This document shows, in pieces, positions 19,806 through 29,713 of a stretch of 64,000 nt of DNA. The notes under the pieces are model-generated. The model saw only the letters and a list, made by a program, of their open reading frames with translations, was not told the origin of the DNA and searched no databases. How positions within the stretch are numbered: the stretch's first letter is position 1; every line of letters starts with the position of its first letter. Source of the DNA: a virus (Duplodnaviria > Heunggongvirae > Uroviricota > Caudoviricetes); IMG/VR virus record IMGVR_UViG_3300005326_000042, positions 64,001-128,000 of that record. One strand, written 5' to 3'. The position numbers and the translations under genes were made by a program.

Positions 19806-20009
19806 TTAATCCTCTTTTATTTCCTTAATTCTAAATTTGCCTACAACTACGTTAGATTTAATGTTATTCCATTTGTTCAAAAGATATCCTTCTTTATTTG
19901 TTAAATAATCATATTCTCCTTTATCTATCTGTTTAATTATCCCTTCTAACACCTCTTTAATTTCAATCTTTTTAGGTATTTCTGCCTTTATTTCTAGTTT
20001 TTTATACAT
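19806..20009 (-). CDS. Hypothetical protein
   Basis: AGGTGG RBS. Confidence 0.5.
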   Translation of the reverse strand: MYKKLEIKAEIPKKIEIKEVLEGIIKQIDKGEYDYLTNKEGYLLNKWNNIKSNVVVGKFRIKEIKED

Positions 20010-20072
20010 TTAACCACCTTTCCACAAATTCGACCGTATGAAGATTTAGAACATCCTTCATAAATACGTTTA

Positions 20073-20348
20073 TTAAAGAATAGTTATGTCAGCCAATAAT
20101 GATTTATTGCCTAATTCCTTAAATTCATACACTACTATTAAACCTCCCTCATAACTCTTTAGTATCTCCTCATTACTTGAAGCTACAAATACGTATTTGT
20201 AATTTGATGTCTCAATGCATGAGGAGTTATAGAAGGTTAGTATATTGTCTAAATAGATATTACCTTCCGAAACATTTATCTGTTGTGCATTTCCCACGTT
20301 TGCGGCGCAAAGTATTACGAATATTGTTAAAAGTGTTACTGCTCTCAT
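20073..20348 (-). CDS. Small secreted protein with signal peptide
   Basis: MRAVTLLTIFVILCAANVGNA signal; GGAGG RBS. Confidence 0.6.
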   Translation of the reverse strand: MRAVTLLTIFVILCAANVGNAQQINVSEGNIYLDNILTFYNSSCIETSNYKYVFVASSNEEILKSYEGGLIVVYEFKELGNKSLLADITIL

Positions 20349-20820
20349 ATTTGAACCTCCTCTTTAGTTATGTTTTGTTCTATCTTGGCAGAATGTAGCA
20401 TTTCACAGTCAATATTTAATTTGTTAATCTAATCGGGAGAAATTATAATTGTTTCCTTAAACCTATTAAGATTTAAGGCGATTATTATTAATTATTTAAT
20501 TTACATGAAATTGTTTAATCTCATGTAGTAAATTATTGGCATTAAAGAAAATATTGTAAAATAAATGTAATATATTTTTGTATCGAAGGAAAGATCTTTT
20601 CTCATAGAAACCTAAAATAATATAGAATTAAAGATATAAAAAAAGCAATTATAAGTTTTCCTATAATATCGTATTTGGTCATATCAGTATTCTCCGATAA
20701 GTTTATCTGTTTCAATATCAAAGACTTTTACATGGTTATCGTCGAAATAATAGATCTTTTCAGATTCATTTCTAATTACATTTCTTACTAATGGTATACT
20801 GTTTTGCATTTTAAATCACC

Positions 20821-21087
20821 TTATCTAAATATCTCATAAAATCCGTTATTCTTATAGTAAATTTCGGCATTTCCCTGTCTTAAGATTATTTCTCCTATTT
20901 CTTCAAGCCCCACAATATCAGCTTGATTCATTAATTTATCATATTCATTCCAGATAAAATCATTTATTTCTCTTCTTTTGTCTTTCATAGCGTTCTTTTT
21001 GTAATAATATTCAAATCTCTCTATTGTTTCAAAATTTCTTGCTGTTTCAACTCCATATTCTGAGACTAAAAACTGTGGTAGTTGCAT
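20821..21087 (-). CDS. Hypothetical protein
   Basis: GAGGA RBS. Confidence 0.55.
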   Translation of the reverse strand: MQLPQFLVSEYGVETARNFETIERFEYYYKKNAMKDKRREINDFIWNEYDKLMNQADIVGLEEIGEIILRQGNAEIYYKNNGFYEIFR

Positions 21088-21229
21088 TTAATTCCTCTTG
21101 GATAGTTAATTATATTTTCTGAAATTTCACTTAGATTTATAAAGATTTCATTCTGTCGATTCCTTACAAGAACTGCTTTGTTTGCCGCGAAATGACGGCG
21201 TTTAATTTTTCGTCCGTTGTGCATATTAA

Positions 21230-21688
21230 TCAACCCTCTAAAGTTCCATTTATATATTCTTGGTCCTTATTGTAATCCGTTAAAGTTTTATAAAGGTTAT
21301 TCGATAACTTTTGAACCATACAAGAATATAAAGGTCCATCTTCTTTTGATATATCAACTTCTCCTAAAGCGTTATTTAATAGTATTTCAAGTATTCTTTT
21401 TGTTGGTATTTTATTAATCAAATCCTGAAAAACCTTTTCATTATTCTCGTTTTCTTTTTCCATCTTTTCTTTTTGCATTTTCCAACTTGATTTTATTGGT
21501 AATCCATTTATCCTGTCTCCTTCTTTATCAAGTTCTTTATCTATGTTATCAATATATACATTCATAAAAGTTAATATTTGTTTTGATGCACTTAAATTTT
21601 GAGGATATGGATAATTCAAGGCTTTTCTAAAGTATTCTATTTCTGTTTCAAGTTTTCCTAATTTCTCTTCGATATAGATATTTTGCAT
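21230..21688 (-). CDS. Hypothetical protein
   Basis: GGAGA RBS; 152 aa. Confidence 0.6.
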   Translation of the reverse strand: MQNIYIEEKLGKLETEIEYFRKALNYPYPQNLSASKQILTFMNVYIDNIDKELDKEGDRINGLPIKSSWKMQKEKMEKENENNEKVFQDLINKIPTKRILEILLNNALGEVDISKEDGPLYSCMVQKLSNNLYKTLTDYNKDQEYINGTLEG

Positions 21689-21849
21689 ATTTTACATCTC
21701 CTTTTAGATCAAAGAAACGAATAAACCGACAAAAAAAGTTATGCTCGCAAACGCTACAATAGAAATTAGATTTTGCTTTAGGTTGTATATCATGTTTTAT
21801 CAGACTCCTTTTTAAGCCTTAAAAATTGCTGGTTAAAGAGCTTTATACT

Positions 21850-24810
21850 TTTTGAATCCATAAGATATTAGTATCTAGGATTACTTTTCTAAGGCTCTTT
21901 AAATCCAGTTTTTAAGAACTTACTCTTTAATTTATTGGTTTTGAAACAATTAATCCCCTTCTAGGTTTTGAGATTTCAATCTTTACAGCAGTCACAGAGC
22001 TTTAGAATTCCTTGAATCATGAGAAATATATTCTAGCATCGCTAAGGACTTCTTACGGTTTGCCGCGAAATGCAGCTTCCGGTTTTTGCGTCTATCACAA
22101 AGGAATATTCAAGCCAAGTCTTCCTTTGCTCATCTCAGAGTTTTGCTTAAACTCTTACAAATAACACGTTCTTTTCTTGAGTATATAAGTTTAACGTATT
22201 GGCATATTTATACAAATAAGACGTATATAAAGAATAACTACGTTGTTTAAATAGGATAAGTTTATCGTATGCGCTCAGTATTACGATTTAAAAATAATGT
22301 GATAAATCGCGCCGAAAAGAGACCTTTTGTCTCTTTTCTTAAAGCACGGTGTGCCGTGCGCCAAAAAGAGGCGATTATACTAAAATAAGAGCTTTAGTCT
22401 CTCCGAAAATGCGGCGGTCTCACTGATAACGGTTTTAAAATTGGTCTTAGAAATGTCTTATTATATTGATAAAATAGCATAATTAATTTTGGATAAGAGA
22501 ATTATGTATAAATTTTGGGTTATGTCTAATTCTCTTATAATTAGATGGATAGCACAGCTTTGCTGTGCATTTCAATAGTTTAGGATATTGACCTTGTAAA
22601 ATCTCCATATAGCCGTTTTATTCTGGATTATGGAGAATAATCTTAACTCCTGGTTTTACTAGGCTTAAATCGATTTTAACAGAAATTAATATATAATGAC
22701 TAGGAGACAGAATTAAGTTAATCAAGGAATAAAAGAAGTTTTGCGGATATTTATATACAATTGTACAAATAGGAATAAAGAATTTAAGAATCGATAAGCG
22801 TTAGTTTTGGAGAATAAGATATCTGTTTTATGGGAATAAAGAAAAGTATTTTGCGAAGCAAAATAGGCGAGGATCAGCAGATCCTCGCTTTAAAAATAAT
22901 ATCTATTTATAGAAATAGTTATATACATTTCGCGCGATCTATCGATAACGGTTTGTACAAAAAGGATAAATAATTAAGATTTGTGTACTTTTGGAGAATT
23001 AAGGTATTTGTACAAAAGGAGAAATATTGTTTAAAATGTACACTTTTGTACAATTGGAAGTGTGAAATTTCGCGGAAAAAGGATAAATACTATAAAATGT
23101 AAAATTTGTTTTTAAAACTTTACAGGAATGCTGTAAAAAAAAAAAAGAACTGTTCTAGATCGTTTTCGGTTCTCCTGCTATCGATTCTTAAAAAACATAA
23201 CTTTTTCCTCCTACCTTTATTTCTTCTTTTCTATTACTTATATTCTGTACTACTATTATTACTTACCTCCCTCTTTTTTTTTTTTTTAAGAAAAAAAGAA
23301 AGTAAAGTAATATATAACAAATTAGAATCAGTCTCCATGTTTTAAAAATTGTATTACATTTGAAATATTGTACATTTTAGCCGCCCCTGTTATCAGTCAG
23401 TAAAATAGAAGGTCAAGGCATAATTATATATAATTCATTTTAGACAGTTAGTCAGTTGATTTAATAATCGTTTGAATATATAAATAGCAGTGGACCATGT
23501 ACTTGTGTAACTTCCTAAATTTCTTTTAGGTGTACAAAAAGTGACATTTTCGCGTAACACTCATATATATTCGACCATATATGTTGTACAATTATAAAGT
23601 TGCTATTATAATAATAAATCGTAAGATTTAAGGGCACAATGTCAGCAGCTATTTTTATTTGTCATTATTATTAAACTTATACGATATAAATATCTATTGG
23701 CCATTTTCGCATTTTTCTTTAGGAAGTGATCAAGATTTGTAAAAACGAATATTTTTTGATTTTTTTGACAATTTGAAAAAGGTCTTGCTGATATTGAAAA
23801 ATCGTTTTTAGAAAATGATAACGATTGTTTTTATAAAGCGATTAATATATTAAAAATCGATATTATATTGAGCATTTTATTAAAATCATTTATATATTAA
23901 TATTAATATATTAAAAACCGTGATGTAAGTCAACAGATAATTATATTGTAACAAGTGAATAATAATTAGCATCTCAAAAATGAGATGCTTCTCAAAAATG
24001 AGATGCTAATTTCTATATAGTAACCTTACATTTATTTAAAAACTATTACATTTATTTAAATACCTATATTTACATATTGAAATAATAGTTCTATTTAAAG
24101 ATATACGTACTATAATTTAATTAAATTATAATATGTTTAATAAAACAAAAACTTTAACTTCATAAAATAAAACTCTCAGTTCAATAAATAAATAAATGTT
24201 TAAATAAATAGACACTATATTAAATTTCTGTTCACTCCCATAAACAGAGACTATAGGAATAGAAACAATGTGTCTCCTGCTATCGAAAAAATCGTTATCA
24301 GTAAAGCCCTTGTTTTCCTGTCGCGAACATGTATACATGTCCAGTTAGATCTATATTGATAATAATGTATAGATTTTAATCTAGGTTACTGATATTGATT
24401 TTTGATTGATTTACGTGTATCGGTTTTAAAATCGATATGCCATCTACATAAATGATTAGTTAATTTATATAAATAAAATGTTATGGTTGTCCAGGATGCT
24501 TTAATGTTGCGATGTTTATAATTTCAATTTAATTAAATAGATGTTATAATTGAAGAAATAATAATAGTGTTTATATAGATTAAAAGATATATTTATGTAA
24601 ATGATGTTGTAATATATTATAAAAGAATTATGTAACGCTTTATCATAACTATATTTGTATTACTATCAAATCAAATCGTATTACTAATTAATGCTATAAC
24701 TGTTTAAATATTTTTAGAGGGAGGGGCATATCGCTTCTTTATTCCGCTGCCGCGTCAGAGAGCGATTGTGCCATTTTTCAAATTTTAGTATAACGAAAGA
24801 TAACTATTCC
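21850..24810. other. ~3 kb AT-rich non-coding region; candidate replication origin or genome terminus
   Basis: No credible ORFs; 8 TGTACA palindromes, repeated ATCGAT and GATAACG, hairpins, A12/T14 runs; sits between divergent gene blocks. Confidence 0.5.
23966..24011. repeat. Tandem overlapping inverted repeat
   Basis: ATTAGCATCTCA-AAAA-TGAGATGCT-TCTCA-AAAA-TGAGATGCTAAT. Confidence 0.8.
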
Positions 24811-24851
24811 CGATGAAAACATTTATATACTAAGAAATATATTTAGTTATT

Positions 24852-25013
24852 ATGCGAAGAAATATAAATATCACTTTGGATAAAGATTTGGTTGCTTGGA
24901 TAGATGATGAAATTTCTAGAAATAACTTCCGCAGTAGAAGTCATTTAATTCAAAAAGCCGTACAGATGTTTAAAAATGGCTTGGAATCTCAAAAAGGAGA
25001 TTCAGATTGGTAG
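24852..25013 (+). CDS. Ribbon-helix-helix (CopG/NikR-like) DNA-binding protein, 53 aa (below the ORF-track cutoff)
   Basis: MRRNINITLDKDLVAWIDDEISRNNFRSRSHLIQKAVQMF; TATA promoter ~25 nt upstream. Confidence 0.85.
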   Translation: MRRNINITLDKDLVAWIDDEISRNNFRSRSHLIQKAVQMFKNGLESQKGDSDW

Positions 25014-25064
25014 AAAATTTTTTTAAATAAAAATTTTCATACAATACATGGTTTAGGTGTTTAA

Positions 25065-25793
25065 ATGGATGCTAACGAATTTTCTATTTTATATGAAGAT
25101 CTATTTGATAGTGAAAGACAAGACAACTATTCTCTGAGAGAAAACGGAAAAATCGTTTGTAGTCTCGGAGACTTAAAAAATGCTGTAAAATCTGGAGCAA
25201 CCCATAATTCCTTATTAGAAACGTTTAGATTTACAAAAGAAAGATTAAATTATTATTTATCTTTATATCAGTTATATAGTAAAGTAAAAGAGAATATTAA
25301 AAAAGAAAAGAACATAATTAAAATAAAATCTACCGTGTCTGAAGAAGACGACGTTGAAGACTTTATTGTAAATAATAGGGGTCTTGTTGTAAAGAAAGAA
25401 AAGTTTGTTGTGTCCGAAAAAGGATATGTTCAATATTACTTTTTAGATGATAATAATAAAAGAAAGATAAAATTCTCCCACAGAAAAGTTATGGAGGACC
25501 ATCTAGGTAGAGAATTAGATAAAGACGAGACCGTACATCATATTGATTTTGACAAAACAAATAATTATTTGGATAATTTATATTTGTGTTGCAGGGAAGA
25601 TCACGGAAATATAAACAAAAACATATTTGATATTTTTCGTTATTTATTTCAAGAAGAGCTTATTAGATTTGTAGACGGAATATACATTTTAGATGAATAT
25701 TTCTATGACGAAATTGACCGTTATAAATGTCAAAAGAAAGTATTTAACGACAATCTAAAATATTATGGTCAACCAAAAGGTGATATAGACTAA
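25065..25793 (+). CDS. HNH endonuclease (HNH_3-like)
   Basis: HRKVMEDHLGRELDKDETVHHIDFDKTNNYLDNLYLC. Confidence 0.85.
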   Translation: MDANEFSILYEDLFDSERQDNYSLRENGKIVCSLGDLKNAVKSGATHNSLLETFRFTKERLNYYLSLYQLYSKVKENIKKEKNIIKIKSTVSEEDDVEDFIVNNRGLVVKKEKFVVSEKGYVQYYFLDDNNKRKIKFSHRKVMEDHLGRELDKDETVHHIDFDKTNNYLDNLYLCCREDHGNINKNIFDIFRYLFQEELIRFVDGIYILDEYFYDEIDRYKCQKKVFNDNLKYYGQPKGDID

Positions 25794-26076
25794 ACCTAAT
25801 TTTTTCTAACCAAAAACAAATGACAATACACCCGCTCGGCTCACTAACCTCGCATAGCAGCCCTGTTGGGCTGCATCACTTTCATTCTTTAAAACATTTT
25901 TATATTTCTTTAAATCACGATCCTTATTCTTCAGAACATTTTCATCCCATTTTCTCCAAACCCAATTTCACCTCAGTCTCAATTTTTCTTACTAAAAATA
26001 AACGACAATACGAGTCTTCATCAGAAGGATCGCCAATAGTAAACTTTAAATAGTAATACAGATATAATACAATCTA

Positions 26077-26673
26077 ATGGCTTGTGGCTCGTATACGAAT
26101 TCCTGTGCAACTTCAGGATATTACTCAGATTCGGTGGCTCCTTTTATATATCAAAACAGCGGCTGCTATGGTTACACAGGATCTTCCGAATGTGGGCCAT
26201 ATTACGTAGACCACTCTGGCTGTTATGTTAATGTGATTTTTTCCAACTGGCCCGATTTTGACGATACTCACACCGATTGGTGCAATGATCACACCCATTA
26301 TGTTTGGCAAGATAATTGTTGGGATCACACCCACACTCTGTGGGACGAATGGCCCGATTGTGATGGCTGTCATGAAGACGTTGGAGGAAGTTGTGATCCG
26401 CCTTGGGCAGATGCTTGGGATAATCACGAGTGTTCTTGGGGCAATTTCTGCGACTATGATGGCGGGTACAAATATGGTTGCAATATTTTCACAAACTTCG
26501 GAGATGCATATGAATACACCGACGCTGGATGGTGTGACGGCTACTCTAATGGAAATTATAGCTACATTGACGCAAGTTGGTGCGATGATTATACAGACAC
26601 CAATTTAGGCTGGAACGACTTTTATAATGTGCCGTTCAACAACTTTTGCAATCATAACGATACTTATAATTGA
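26077..26673 (+). CDS. Cys/Trp/Tyr/Asp-rich repeat protein; putative radical SAM substrate
   Basis: 30 [WYFH]-x-[DN] triplets in 198 aa, ~16 Cys, one Lys, no Arg; first gene after a TATA promoter; directly upstream of the rSAM gene. Confidence 0.75.
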   Translation: MACGSYTNSCATSGYYSDSVAPFIYQNSGCYGYTGSSECGPYYVDHSGCYVNVIFSNWPDFDDTHTDWCNDHTHYVWQDNCWDHTHTLWDEWPDCDGCHEDVGGSCDPPWADAWDNHECSWGNFCDYDGGYKYGCNIFTNFGDAYEYTDAGWCDGYSNGNYSYIDASWCDDYTDTNLGWNDFYNVPFNNFCNHNDTYN

Positions 26674-26682
26674 GGAAACGAC

Positions 26683-28011
26683 ATGGTAACAGTACTTTTT
26701 TATCCTATAGCAGACAAATGTGTAAACAATTGTGCCTACTGTTTTGAAGACGAAAACCACCGCAAAACAAAGATATATGATAGTTACAATAAATATGCAA
26801 TGGCACAAAAACACTCTGAGATTGTAGAATATCATAAATCTATTAATGAACATACTCGGACAATTCTTCACGGAGGAGAGGTGCTATCTCTCCCGATTGA
26901 AGATTTTGAATTCTTCTTGGTTGAAATGAAGAAGAGCCAATTGAATCCTTCAATTCAAACGAGTCTTGGGGTTCCTTTTACTCCTGAACATATACGTTTA
27001 ATAAAAAAATATAGCGTTAACATCGGGGTATCTGTAGATGGTCCGAGAGAATTAAATACGCTCCGTGGTCCAAGAGACCCAATTTTGAACAAGAAATTTC
27101 AAGATACAGTATATAATAATTTGAATCTCTTAAGCAAAGAAGGTATTAGTAAGGGATGTATAACTATTTTAACCAAACAAAATGCTACTGGAGAAAACTT
27201 GGACAAAATGATCCAATGGCATATAGATAACAGAATTGGCGGAAGATTTAATCCCATGTTTTCCCCTTGGTATGATAGTAATCCGGAGATAAAAGAACAA
27301 GAACTTTCTCCAGAGGAACTTACTATTGCATACTTAAAACTTTTTGAGGCAACTTTAAAAACCCCAGGATTTGAATTTGCCCTTGCCTCCGATATGAGAA
27401 AATTTTTGTTAGGCAACTTCAATGTAGTGTGCGTCCTTGGAGGGTGCGACTACCTTTATACCACCTGCCAAACTATAATGCCTGATGGCGAGGTTTCCAG
27501 ATGCGATAGATGTTTCCAGGACGGCTACTATTATACTTCAAAAACCAAGAACTTCGACGCGAGAAAAGTTGCGCTCTCTCAAACAGAATGCAGTCATTGC
27601 AGGTATTTCCCATTTTGCGGAGGTAGTTGTCCTGCTGAGGGAGCGAACGGAGATTTTAGATCAAAAACCCGATTTTGTCAAGCTATGTATTCTCTCTTTG
27701 AGGCCGTGGAGAAGTCATTAAGAGCTTCGTTTAAGAACATAATATTGGCCACAGATATTATAGATTATCCGAAAGATTATCTTTCTAAACGGAAGAGATT
27801 TAATCCATTTAGATTCGAGAATTATCAACAGCTTGATGACGACATAAAATTAAAACCGTATCATCCCCTGTCAAAAGAACAGCAACAGAAAGAAAAAGGG
27901 AACTGCGGGTGTAATAAGAAAAAAGATGATTCTGGTCTTCAAAAAGAAAACACGAATAATCAAGAAAAGTTTATGCACGCAGACTATCCGAATTCAGGCT
28001 TGAGGCACTAA
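26683..28011 (+). CDS. Radical SAM/SPASM-domain maturase
   Basis: CVNNCAYC (CxxxCxxC), HGGE, SVDGP motifs; SPASM Cys pattern C..GGC...C...DGEVSRC / CxxCxxxxxCxGxCP...C. Confidence 0.93.
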   Translation: MVTVLFYPIADKCVNNCAYCFEDENHRKTKIYDSYNKYAMAQKHSEIVEYHKSINEHTRTILHGGEVLSLPIEDFEFFLVEMKKSQLNPSIQTSLGVPFTPEHIRLIKKYSVNIGVSVDGPRELNTLRGPRDPILNKKFQDTVYNNLNLLSKEGISKGCITILTKQNATGENLDKMIQWHIDNRIGGRFNPMFSPWYDSNPEIKEQELSPEELTIAYLKLFEATLKTPGFEFALASDMRKFLLGNFNVVCVLGGCDYLYTTCQTIMPDGEVSRCDRCFQDGYYYTSKTKNFDARKVALSQTECSHCRYFPFCGGSCPAEGANGDFRSKTRFCQAMYSLFEAVEKSLRASFKNIILATDIIDYPKDYLSKRKRFNPFRFENYQQLDDDIKLKPYHPLSKEQQQKEKGNCGCNKKKDDSGLQKENTNNQEKFMHADYPNSGLRH

Positions 28012-28013
28012 CC

Positions 28014-28826
28014 ATGATAAACGAACCAAAACCTTATACTACGATTCTTCCAAAATGTGGACATTCTTATTTTTATAACCTATCTGAGGCAGCATTAAAA
28101 TTGAGTTTTGATGTCGAAATGAAGTCTATTCAGGAAGATATCCGCGCGGCAAACGTCTTTTATCTTACGCCAGACTACTACGATTTTCAACTAGAGCAAA
28201 TTCTTGATCTTGGCCTCGTTTTCTTCCCCCTTTCCAGAGTGGAAAATTACACAGGATTTACTCACAAACAAACACCTGTTGCAAACTTAGACAAAAATTC
28301 TATGTCTTTTGGGGTTGTAGCCAAGGATTTGAAAACTGCAAAAGAGTTTAAAGAATATTATATAAAAACAGATCATACGGGTATGGGTAAGATCCTCGGA
28401 TACCCAGATTGTTGTATTCAAGCCTTTAATCAGTATACAAAAAAATACCCAGATCCAGTATATGAAATCGCGCGGAATACCCCACATACTATAGAGAATG
28501 GGGTTATCGTTTTAGAAGATATTTCTTATCAACTCCAAATTCATCATAGATATTTTGGGTTCAAAATAATCCCCTGGTTCCCTTGCAGCTATATTTGTGA
28601 CGCTTCGTTAGAAGCGTGTGAGGTTTGGTTAGATTTAATGAGGAAAATAGATTCTGAGACTACAGAGAAAATAATATCTGTTCTTACTATGCCCTCAACT
28701 TGGAGTCTCTTTAATTCTCAAGTTGTTGTAAACAAACCGCCACATAAGAAGAGTGTGTATGTCGGTTATTCTACTAGCTACTATGATCCGATAAAACAAG
28801 ACGTTGAATTTAGGAGCTTGGTTTGA
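28014..28826 (+). CDS. Conserved protein with LGYPxCC motif (DUF483-like)
   Basis: GKILGYPDCCIQAF and PWFPCSYIC motifs. Confidence 0.55.
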   Translation: MINEPKPYTTILPKCGHSYFYNLSEAALKLSFDVEMKSIQEDIRAANVFYLTPDYYDFQLEQILDLGLVFFPLSRVENYTGFTHKQTPVANLDKNSMSFGVVAKDLKTAKEFKEYYIKTDHTGMGKILGYPDCCIQAFNQYTKKYPDPVYEIARNTPHTIENGVIVLEDISYQLQIHHRYFGFKIIPWFPCSYICDASLEACEVWLDLMRKIDSETTEKIISVLTMPSTWSLFNSQVVVNKPPHKKSVYVGYSTSYYDPIKQDVEFRSLV

Positions 28827-29713
28827 TGTTTAAGAACCTAATGTTTTATCGGGATTATAATAAGCACGATGTAGAAACTGACGGGAGTTTGTTAACCGCC
28901 ATATTTACAATCAAAAATGCTATTTCTGGAGGATATTTCTTTGTCGAATCTATCCTTTCGGCCATCCCTTTTGTAGATCGTCTTTTTCTGAACGACGGTG
29001 GTTCTGATGACGGAACGAGAGAATACTTAAAAAGAATTCAAGAAATGTTCCCAGATAAAATTGTTTTATACCAAATTCCAGATAGAGTTGGAAACAACTG
29101 GTTCTCGATCGATAATGGCTTAAACAGGATGATTAAAGATGTAAAAAGTGAGTGGATCTTCGAAATCCAGGGTGATGAGATTCTAGATCCAATTAACTTT
29201 AAACTAGCTTTGAAAGAGTTGAAGAAAAGCGAGAATTTTAACTCCCTTCGTCACAATCGCTTAGATTTAACTTGGTTTGACAAAGAGCCTCATTATACTA
29301 TGAGAACCGTGCGTTTTGTAAGAAATGTACCGAATCTTACTTCATATTATGGGGGAGACAATTTTCATATAGGTTTTATGGGAAAACCCTCAGAGAACTT
29401 TACTTTACATAATACTCCCCCTGAGAGGCAGGTATTTAATGTTAACTTAAAACATTATTTAGTTCCTTTTGAATTAAATAATATTGAAAAAATTCGAAGA
29501 CATGCCGAGGAACTTGCTCCTAATGCTTCAGACAGGAAAGAAATATACCAAAGAGAGCGAATACCCGACACAAAAAGAGATTACAGTCGAGAAATCTGCG
29601 ATCATGTTCCTCAAATTCTTAGAGGTATTTCTAAAGAGAAAAAGTATTTTGTAAGAGAAGAGCTATTTGACAAGTTGTGGTTATCCAATGTTGGTGGTCT
29701 AAATGGTCTGTAA
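28823..29713 (+). CDS. Glycosyltransferase family 2 (GT-A)
   Basis: LFLNDGGSDDGTREYL and WIFEIQGDE motifs. Confidence 0.85.
   Translation: MMFKNLMFYRDYNKHDVETDGSLLTAIFTIKNAISGGYFFVESILSAIPFVDRLFLNDGGSDDGTREYLKRIQEMFPDKIVLYQIPDRVGNNWFSIDNGLNRMIKDVKSEWIFEIQGDEILDPINFKLALKELKKSENFNSLRHNRLDLTWFDKEPHYTMRTVRFVRNVPNLTSYYGGDNFHIGFMGKPSENFTLHNTPPERQVFNVNLKHYLVPFELNNIEKIRRHAEELAPNASDRKEIYQRERIPDTKRDYSREICDHVPQILRGISKEKKYFVREELFDKLWLSNVGGLNGL

Noticed and set aside
23106-24338. ORF-track entries 23106-23345 (+) and 24126-24338 (-)
   Set aside because: Low-complexity translations of homopolymer or AT-rich DNA, with no RBS
21850-24810. Possible CRISPR mini-array in the long non-coding region
   Set aside because: No regularly spaced 25-40 nt repeats with unique spacers; only short palindromes and one tandem inverted repeat
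25800-26053. ORF 25820-26053 and a small GCAGCCC/GGGCTGC hairpin
   Set aside because: Pyrimidine-rich, no RBS, protein implausible; treated as intergenic
26125-26871. Alternative-frame and antisense ORFs over the repeat protein (26125-26427, 26258-26608, 26605-26871)
   Set aside because: Shadows of the repetitive, stop-poor codon usage of the real genes
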